From contig OX597822.1 in NCBI GenBank assembly GCA_951406725.2, forward strand, positions 70,804,001 to 70,868,000: a stretch of 64,000 nt of DNA, given 5' to 3'. Numbering within the stretch: position 1 is the first letter of the stretch; each line of letters starts with the position of its first letter. Position numbers and translations under genes: made by a program. Origin of the DNA: Octopus vulgaris. Taxonomy: Eukaryota. Positions 54,620 to 64,000 of this stretch are shown here, one piece after another. The notes under the pieces were generated by a model that had not been told where the DNA came from, made no database searches, and saw nothing but the letters and a program-made list of their open reading frames with translations.

Positions 54620-54784
54620 ATTGGTGTATATTGTACTACATACATTGCTGTTAGATTTGTTATAAATTAATTGCAATCTTCTTCACATTATGTACACTCA
54701 CCTACACTGCTTCATTCAATTTCCACATTGTTTTCTAAAGAATCTAATATGACCTAAATTGCTTCAGAATTCATGCCTCTCATT

Positions 54785-54818
<34 letters not shown>

Positions 54819-57330
54819 AATAGCTATAATTGGTGATGAGCACGCTAAGCAAAAATCCTGTATATTTAATAGATTTTTCTGATTATTATTGTAAAAAAAA
54901 AAAAAAAGAGAAAAGAAAGTAAAAAGTTCAATTATTTCCTTAAAAAAAAAAGTTTCTCTTGGATTGGAACTGTGTAATAAAATGCAAACGGTTGTCATGG
55001 GAACCCTGTAGAGGTGGTACATTATTACATAGAAACGCCAAGCTGAAGATATTCATCACTTTGTAAATTGAGGTAGCACCACAGGAACGAACATGTTATC
55101 TTGTTCACTCTGTTCATATTCATCGCCTTCCAATATACTTTTTAATTGGTCTTTTAGACTGTTCTTCTCAATCTAATCATTAATTTATCATATAATTTTC
55201 TGGCCACACTCTGACTTCTGATTCATCATGCACTGTCAATTTACTGTACCCCCCGCATCTGTAAAACCTCCACCACCATCACTACCACCAATGTAATATT
55301 ATTTTCTTTCACACCACATTAGTACTGCTTCCAGTTGTGCAGAAAGACATCTTTTACTTAATCGCAGTAACCTTCATTCTTCATTAGCTGTAATAATGAA
55401 GCTGAAAAAGTCAATATCAGACATGCAGAGAAGGGAATGCAAGAGATGCTAGAAAACAAGCTCTCCAAAATGTCCTAACTAGAAGATTAGAACCAAGCAA
55501 GACAATAACTCTAATTAGATTTCTATATTGCCTAATTTTCTCCGCTAGCTAATTCCCTGTTGCTGTGTTGTTGTTAGATTAAGAAGAGAAATCCATAGAT
55601 TACATGTCAGTAGTGTGTCATGTTTTAGTGTTGCACATGCAACCATGCAACTGCACAGATACAGATATACAGTCCATAGATGCTCATGAATGTCACACTT
55701 GGTAAATCTTGTGGTATTTTCTTGCGAAAAATAATTGCATTAGACTGCGACAAATTCAAGGCAGGCTTTCATTCTTCACCAGTTCTCAAATCAGTGGATT
55801 CATTTCAGCAATTCCACATATATTTTAGATGACAGCCTCTATAAAGATCAAGCTCCATTTTCAATGCCTCCATCCAGCATCCGCTATCCCCCCCACCCCC
55901 CACACACACACCGAGCCTTATTTGATAAGACAGTTTGTGTTATGCCATAACCATACTTCTGTGACAGAAATGTCTCTTTGACTGGTGCTACTGGAGTGGG
56001 GGTAGGACTTTTTCTTTTGTATAGGTGAGGGGTGTCGAGTTTTCTTTCAGCATGTTGTAATTGGATTCCATCACACCCTCCATCCCTCCCTCTCCACACG
56101 TACGCTCACATGCAAATACACACAGACTTTTGTTGCCCTTCGTTGCACCTCTATGACGTAGCTATGAGCTCATTGTTTTGGCATGTTTATTAATCAATGA
56201 TCCTGCAAGCAGCACCAGAAAATTCCTATAGATATATCTAAGCTAATGCTGTTTGAGCACAAAACTCACCACCAGAGTGCCTTTGCTAAGTGGATTCCGT
56301 ATAGTGTGATTAACCAGCTGGCCAAGTTAAAAACTGTGCTCTGGAAAATGCTGAAATATTTCCATTAGTTTCAGAGAATAGTAGCATAGAATGGGGGTGT
56401 CAAACAAACCTAAACTAATGTAACACAAACAGATACATGTATGTTTTCATTGATTCATTATCCAGAGCTTATTAAGAAGCGACATCTGGCTTTACTCTCA
56501 AGGAAACTGTATTTATTGATATTGCATGGAGACTTACAGTAAAGAATATGTGAATATTAGAAACATTATATTCCGGTCCTTTCTTTCATACAGAATTTGC
56601 TAGTTTGGTGTCATAAACTGAACTTGAATTTGCAGACTAGTGAGGGTGGCATACTACTAGATTGCCAGTGTTTTGAACAGAGATAAAGTCTTTAGTAATA
56701 GTATTTAGTGTGAGTATAGCTTTGCGTGCTAATACCTAGCTACTATAAATTGTTGGCGCAGCATAGAGCTAACGGCTCGATTCTATCTACTGTTGAATAA
56801 TGGAGATATTAGAAGTGAATTAGATTATCTAAGAAGCTAAGATAGTGTAAATGTATCCAATCCTAGTTCACTGTTGTTCTACCTGAAGCTGTCAAAACAG
56901 AGATTACAACCACTGTACATTTTGCCACTGGATCTTCACTTGCTTATATCTAACCAGTACAGTTCATTAAAAGGGTGTGAATGTGTATGTGTTGTATACT
57001 CACAAACACACACACCAAATGTATAATGTGCGTTTTTGTGTGTGTGTTGGCAGTTGAGGGGTCTCCCATTACTCTCTCTCTCTCAACATCCATCACTCTC
57101 TCTTTCACACTACTCTCTCTTGCCACTCTCACCTTTCTAGTACTCTGTCTTCTAAAACATCACACTAACCCCCATCTTACAACCCATGGTGTTCCTATTG
57201 AATATCTTCACTAACAATGGTAGCTATCTATCACTCTTGTCTCTTGCTTTACATTCTTCCTTTTCTTCCTCTCTTATTTCTCTCAATCTGGTCTTTTATA
57301 ATGCTTCCCTCTATCTACTGGAATCTGGTT

Positions 57331-58297
57331 TAGGGACAGTCAGAACCTTAAAGACTGCCAGGCGTAATAATGATCCACATCCAAAATTGATTACGTCACT
57401 GGAGTTTACACTCACAATTTGGATTCCATTACTTACAAACAAGGCTGGCTGAAGTTACCAACAACCTGCCTAGATGGTTAATTAACAATGTCTTGTTCCT
57501 ACATTTCAAGTTTGGCATAGATTTTATGGCTGGATACCTTTCCTATTGCTAACCTGTTTACAAAATGTACTGGATATATTTCATCATGCCATCAACACTG
57601 GAAAGGTTGTCATAGCCTCTACAAGACTAAATATCGTGTTTACTCTGTATTGTCTCCAACATGGTGTGCTTCATTGTGGAACCAGCACTAAGAGGTTGCT
57701 ATGTCCCTAGCAAGCTTAAATAATTGTCTGGTTTAGGGATAAGTGAGCCCTCAGATTCTGGTGGATAAATGGAGATAATATGGAGAAGAGATGATTCTTT
57801 ACACTAACCCATATGAAATAAACTCTCAAGTACCAATGCCAAAATAAAATACATTTAGTATATTGTAAGGTAGTTTGCAAGTAACTGAAGATACTTATTT
57901 AGTCTAGCTAGGGACATAGCAACCCCTTTAATGCTGGTTCCACAACGAAGCACAACAATACAGAGTAAACAAGATATTTAGTCTTGTAGAGGCTATGACA
58001 ACCTTTTCAGTGCTGATGGCTTGATGAAATATATCCGGTACATTTTGTAAACAGGTTGGCAATATGAAAGGTGTCCAGCCATAAATTCTATGCCAAACTT
58101 GAAATGTAGGAATAAGACATTGTTAATTAACCATCTAGGCAGGTTTGGAATTTTATCTCACTGTTATATTTCAAGTTGTTGGTAACTTCAGCCAGCCTTG
58201 TTTGTAAGTAATGTGAGTGTAAACTCCAGTGAAGTAATCAATTTTGGATGTGGATCATTATTACTCCTGGCAGTTTTTAAGGTTCTGACTGTTCCTA
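57331..58297. repeat. Long inverted repeat: arms 57331-57723 and 57895-58297, ~170-nt spacer
   Basis: Arms align as reverse complements over their whole length with scattered substitutions and three larger indels (by eye). Confidence 0.95.
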
Positions 58298-59359
58298 TAA
58301 TTCTTAAGTACAGTTTATTTATTGGAAGTTGGTCTTGATTTGCAATTTAGCTCATTTTTGAAGCCACCCTTCTGTTGGAATTTATCTGTAGCTGTTAAGA
58401 GAATAATAATAATAATAATAATCATATATGTATAAATATCTTGTGGCATATAGCTGTCATTGTTGTTGCTATTCATTGATGACTCTTAATAAGAACAAAA
58501 ATTTTCTGACATGTGCAAAGTTGTGAAAACATCTGTAAACTTCAACATTAATTAATTACAATGAAACTAATTAGGTTATCTTTGTTCGTATATATTAGCG
58601 CATCTGACATGTTTATAAGCTACATGTCAGTTGCTCTAATACATATGAACAAAGAGGAAATTATGGCAAATAATACAAAAGCAGAATAAAATGAAGAACA
58701 GAAAAGAAAAAGAATTGAAACAAAAGTCATATTTTAATATTTTTCAGCAAACTTTGTCTAAATTGAAATAATTTCTGCATGTTGCTTAATAAAGAAACAT
58801 CAACTGTTGCGTATAGATAACTTGAGTTTAATACATTTTCATTTCCATTTCATTTCTGATATTGCTGCAAGAAACAATAGCAATGAGGGTGATTTATATT
58901 CTTTCTTTCTGTTTTTCCTTCTTTCTTTCTCATGGATTCTATTATAGCTTTGGTGGTGTTTTTCATATTTTGCGATGTTTAACCTCCTCTACTATGTCAC
59001 TAAACAATACAGCTGTTCTTTAACTTGATATTGCATACATTAAGTCATTCTCCTCTACACCACCAGTACTGTGTAGTGATTGCTATTGTTGTTGTTTTTA
59101 TCTATATTCTGCTGGCTTTCTGACTATCTGCCTGCCAGGATTGTCCAATGAGAATATATCATGTCTGTTTGTATGTGTGTATGTGAGAGAGAAAGAGAGA
59201 GGTAAAATATCTAGATTTTACCTCCTGTCGAATGAAGTTATTATATTTCCCAGCATACACCAAATACAGGTATGTACAAAAATAATACAACAGTCACTCA
59301 AAATATGCGCATTTCAAATGCTCTTCGCTAATAATTGTGGTAATTTTGAAATTCATATG

Positions 59360-59790
59360 TAGTGGCATAGCTAGGGTAAACCACGCCTGTGGTAAGCCGC
59401 AAAAATGCGCCCCCTCCCACCCCATTACAAAATTCATGATACTACACAGTACATATTTGTTACAAGTAATTAATGTTTTAAAGCAATAATTTAGGAATAA
59501 ATACTTTACCAGGGTTCATTTACCCGCCAGTTCGGTACAGCCTTGTAATTCAAAATATATTTTTTGAATGTTTACTTTATGAAACCTCCTTATTTTAACC
59601 CTTCCCTGATTAAAACATGAAAAAACCTAATGTGTGAAATGAGATGTAATAAAAAAAAAAATATATATACAATTGTTTAAAGTCTCATCTTTCTTGCTTT
59701 TGATGAGGAATCCCCTTTTAATCTCTGCCCCCCTTCAATTGGTGCCTGGGGTTTGTGCCCCCTTGCCCCCTCCCTCATTACGCTTCTACT
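59360..59790. mobile_element. Degraded hAT-like MITE
   Basis: Ends tagtggcatagctaggg / ccctcattacgcttcta with GC-rich subterminal tgcccc motifs. Confidence 0.5.
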
Positions 59791-59815
59791 CATGGTTGTC
59801 GGTGAATGTTTTTCT

Positions 59816-61027
59816 CATTTTTGTGTGTGCAGCACACATCTACATGTATATATTTGTGTAGTTTCTATAAGATGTATTCAGTTTTGCATTGAAATAAAAG
59901 TTTGTGAAGTGACAGCTCATAAAAAAAGAAGTGGCCAGACAAATGAAGGAACACAGTTTTGGCCTGGTTAGGACTAGTTTACTTTTCAAGCACTTAGAAC
60001 CATGCATGGTAACTTAGTCAGATTATCAGTATATCTATAGATATATTTGGAATTAATCATGTGCACATTCTCTTGTCAGGTTATAACCTGAACTTTGTTT
60101 TAGTGTAAGGTAAGTGTATATCCCCCTCATCAACAGCTGTTGGTTGGAGATCATTATGATTTTGACACCTTCCAAAAGTATCACTCCATCGGTGCCAAGG
60201 CACATTGATGCTACCAAGGAAATCTTTTGGCCAACTCTAGCACACTTTCCAATCCATTATCCACACCAAACCAGACCAGATGCTGTTGTAACCTCTCCAA
60301 CCATGTAGCATTTATTTTAATTTATTACTTGTACATGATTTATTTATTGCTGTTAAGTTTGGTCTTTTTCTCACATGCCCAAGCATTTACTGCTTCCCTC
60401 ATCAGTCTGCGAACCCCTACTCTCACTACAAACTTAGGCATTCCTCCACTATTGGAAGCATCTTACACTGCCATCCTCGTGCCTCACACAATTCTTTAAG
60501 ACCCTGTTTTAAGCTCTTTCCTTCACTTGTCAAGGCTTTGTCACTTCAATGATCGTGACTTCTTTGTCAAGTGAAACCATTGCCGGAAGATGAGAGCAAA
60601 GCTGCATTACTGCCATATGGCTTGGGAACCCAATTGATTGTCTTAAATCCATCTTTCTATTGTTCAGAAAATGGCATCTCAGCTTCCCTTTGTTCATATT
60701 CCTGAATTCTTTCTCCTCTTCCTTGTAGAGAAGGCAAAATGCAACTTGGTGTTGATTTTTATTGCATTGGCACAGTTGCATTTTGTGTGTGCATGCACAC
60801 TTCTACATGTATGTATTTGTGTAGTTTCTATAAGATGTATTCATTTTTGCCTTGAAATAAAAGTTTGTGGAGTGACAGCTCGTATAAAAAAGAAGTGGCC
60901 AAACAAATGAAGGAACACAGTTTTGGCCTGGTTAGGACTAGTTTACTTTTCAAGCACTTAGAACCATGCATGGTTACTTAGATTATCAGTATATTTGTAG
61001 ATATATTTGGAATTAATCATGTACATC
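59816..61027. repeat. Direct repeat of ~250 bp (59816-60068 and 60779-61027)
   Basis: Two near-identical copies (...gaaggaacacagttttggcctggttaggactagtttacttttcaagcacttagaaccatgcatgg...). Confidence 0.92.
60440..60600 (-). mobile_element. Decayed restriction-like endonuclease end of an R2-group (HERO-like) non-LTR element
   Basis: DKEVTIIEVTKP* followed, in another frame, by LKELCEARGWQCKMLPIVE. Confidence 0.5.
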
Positions 61028-61475
61028 AGCAAAGATACTAAAGAATTTGTAATGCTACTTGGACAAACACTGCAGAGGGTGATAAAACGCACACACATGC
61101 AGCGCTGTATGTATAAATCTTCTATAGATTTTTTTGAGGACAAATACAACATTGCATTAGTTTCCCTCTATATTTGATAAGCTTGTAACCTAAAACCCCC
61201 TCTCAAATATCCTGTAACTTTTGCGTCACAACTATGAGAACCACGGCATCTACAGTTTAATAAATCTTCAACACAAACACAATATCTTCAGCAAATTTGA
61301 GCTTAGATCGTATTTACAACTTGATCCAATCTGATTTGTGTGTATATGCTTTTTTTATTTGGCTTAAAGCATTATGGTTATCGCCATGCTGGAGCCTTGT
61401 GGGTAAATGTTTGAACATTTCTTTGTAAGGCCAGCATATATCTAAATTCATCTTTTTTTCTCTCTCTCTCTCCAG

Positions 61476-61556
61476 ATGAAGGAGTTTATGTGAACACTAG
61501 TGGCAAGATTACAAAAAATGTTGTTCTACAGTGGGGTGAACTCCCTACATCTGTTG
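61476..61556 (+). CDS. msn: Next CNH-domain coding exon: (N)[26 protein letters not shown](A)
   Basis: (tc)n-cag acceptor; G|gtaagt donor; 81 nt, phase 1 to 1. Joins in frame to the previous exon (A|AT = Asn) and matches [27 protein letters not shown] of MAP4K4/TNIK. Confidence 0.97.
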
Positions 61557-61774
61557 GTAAGTATGTTTACATCTATTACAATCCAAAACTGACCATCCCT
61601 CATTCTGGTTACATATAACCTCTACCACCTGACAACAACCTTTTTTGCTCATTATCTTACACACATTACAGACGGTTTACATCACCTCCTGACTTACCCA
61701 TCTTTCTTCTATTCTATTCAAATTGTCATTTCATTCCTAAAACCTTTAATTACATCTCTCTCTCTCATATTGGT

Positions 61775-62250
61775 TTAAAATTTTGGGGGTGAGAATAAGT
61801 CAATTACTGGTACTTATTTTATTGACCCCAAAAGGACGAAAGTTAAAGTCGACCTTGGCAGGATTTGAACTCAGAATGTGAAGAGAGATGAAATGTCACA
61901 AAGCATTTTGTCCAGTGTGCTAATGATTCTGCTAGCTCATCACCCTCTCTCTCTTTATATATGTATAAAGCCAAAAGCTGACCAAAGCCTTGTGAGTAGA
62001 TTTGGTAGACGGAAACTGAAAGAAGCCTGTTGTATATATATATATATGTATGTATTCGTGTGTTGGTGTTTGTTCCTCCACCACCACTTGGCAACCGTTG
62101 TTGGTGTGTTTACATCCCTGTAACTCAGCAAAAAGAGACTGAATGAACAAGTACTAAGCTTACAAAGAACAAGTCCTGGGGTCGATTCATTTGGCTGAAG
62201 GTGATGCTCCAGCATGGCCACAGTCAAATGACTGAAACAAGTAAAAGAAT
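61775..62250. mobile_element. SINE family A (minus, 61775-61945) adjacent to the 3' part of SINE family B (plus, 61977-62250)
   Basis: Matches to both family units. Confidence 0.8.
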
Positions 62251-62435
62251 AAAGGAATAAAAGAATAATAGAGGGTATGCAAAGTACCAGCATGCTAGAA
62301 ATAAGAGTTAAAATACTCAAACAAGCCACCAAACTCACTGAAAAACATAACAGGCCAACAGAAATCAGGCAAATGAGCAGAGAAAATTTAACATTGTAAT
62401 TTAGATGAAAGCTGTAGAATTAGGTAGCAGATATA

Positions 62436-62659
62436 CAGTAATCCCTTGCCATATTGCGGTTCACCATATCACAGTTTATTATTTAAGCTTGCATCGATTC
62501 CTCTGTGGTGTTGTTTTGCATTTATAATAAAATAAATATATGCAAATTATAAAAATAATTTGTAAAAATATACAGGACAGTACTGTTTCTACTTTGTGAA
62601 TTTTTACCTATCGTGGGGTGTTTTGGAACATAACACTCACAATAGTTGAGGGATTGTTG
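62436..62659. mobile_element. Tigger/pogo-like MITE
   Basis: TA target duplication; TIRs cagtaatcccttg / tgagggattgttg. Confidence 0.65.
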
Positions 62660-62661
62660 TA

Positions 62662-62965
62662 CCTTGGACTGAGCTGCATGTTGTGTTCTTGGGCAAGACA
62701 CTTTATTTCACGATGCTCTAGTTCACTCAGCTGTAGAAATGAGTTGCGACGTCACTGGTGCCAAGCTGTATTGGCCTTTGACCTTCTCTTGGGTAACATT
62801 GGTGGCATGGAAAGGGGTGGCTGGTATGTATGGGCGACTGCTGGTGTTTCATAAAAACAACTCTAGGTTGTGCATTCGCCAGTGAGGCGAATTTCTGCCC
62901 AGACTTGTATTCAGGGCAGGGAACCTCTTTGGTGCACCCATGGTCATTCATGACCGATGGGGTCG
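62662..62965 (+). mobile_element. SINE body lacking its head (CORE/Nin-like)
   Basis: gtgttcttgggcaagacactttatttcac...tcactcagctgtagaaatgagt. Confidence 0.55.
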
Positions 62966-64000
62966 AGTTTAGTTTATCGTACCTGTATCATGATTTTGAA
63001 GTCTAGATTTATATATGTTTATACATTCATATTCTTGTTGCATGAACCAATACACACCAAGTGAGCAACTCAGAGTAACAGTTGAATGAATGATTGGTTT
63101 CAAATCAATAAACAAACCACATGTGTTGAGTACCATTTCATTTGTTTCTATGTCCAAACACAACACACACACACATTAATGTTTTTGCTCTCTTCTCCTT
63201 TTCTATCTCACTATTTTCTACTCTTTCTTTCTTTCTTTCTCTCTCTCTCTCTCTCATTCTCTTGCCCCAGCTTAGTCTCTCTTTTATGCCTCACCAAAGA
63301 CAGGAAATAACAGAATTTTTCCTCCCCCCACCACCACACACACACACACACTCTCCATCAATTACTAACAATAATTAAGACTATTATGATTTAAATTGAT
63401 TGACAATTATAGGATATTGATTACTCTCCAGTGAACACAGCTGCTACATCCAACCAGCACACACACACACACACACACACTCTCTCTCTCTCATTTCTCC
63501 CCCCTCCACTCCACCCTTCATTTAACTCTAATTATTTATTCTCAAACTAAAAATATAGCATTCTCTCTTTCACTTTCTCTTAAACATACAGATGTATAAA
63601 TGTATACAGGTTATGCATAAATTATACACACACACACAAATAATACTCATAAATTCATACAACTGTGTATGTGTATGTATATATGCATGTGTGTTTGTAT
63701 ATATGTATGCATATACATACATATATATATACACACATCACACACAATTTCATATGTATACTTACACACACACGCACTTCACAAACACACACATATGCAC
63801 ACTTTCTTATTTTTCAGAATATTTTTGTATTTTTGCAATCAAGTTATCTTACATCCATTTGTTTTACATAAATTTCCTCTTTCTTTTTCTCTTATCATTT
63901 CCTTTCTTTCTTTTCATTTTATCATTATTATCATCATCATCATCATTATTATTATCATTATTATGACAAACTTTATACATTGTTCTTTTTGCTTCTCATC

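Larger units (their letters stand above)
54245..61475 (+). other. Phase-1 GT-AG intron (7231 nt) between the two CNH exons
   Basis: gtaagt...tccag boundaries with frame-preserving junction. Confidence 0.93.

Overview
This is an AT-rich eukaryotic window dense in microsatellites and SINEs; the repeat types point to a coleoid cephalopod, most likely Octopus. It lies almost entirely within introns of a + strand misshapen/mig-15 (MAP4K4/TNIK/MINK1-family) kinase gene. Two exons encoding part of its C-terminal CNH domain are clear (54166-54244 and 61476-61556). The preceding constitutive exon is not visible, so the upstream intronic span exceeds 54 kb. That span holds a well-defined in-frame 66-nt candidate cassette exon (18259-18324). 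The rest consists of tRNA-derived SINEs, R4/Dong and RTE retrotransposon fossils, a Helitron helicase fossil, several MITEs and simple repeats. No supplied ORF is a real single-exon gene. The most interesting signals are in RNA structure: (i) two consecutive long-range complementary pairs (18341-18381 with 21638-21677; 21912-21935 with 31158-31180) that start just after the cassette-exon donor, the first with an Rbfox UGCAUG beside it, resembling a chain of 'RNA bridges'; (ii) several non-repeat hairpins whose imperfections are mostly G-U pairs on the + strand; (iii) an inverted repeat with ~390-bp arms and a pre-miRNA-like hairpin in the intron between the CNH exons. All alignments were done by eye and need computational confirmation.
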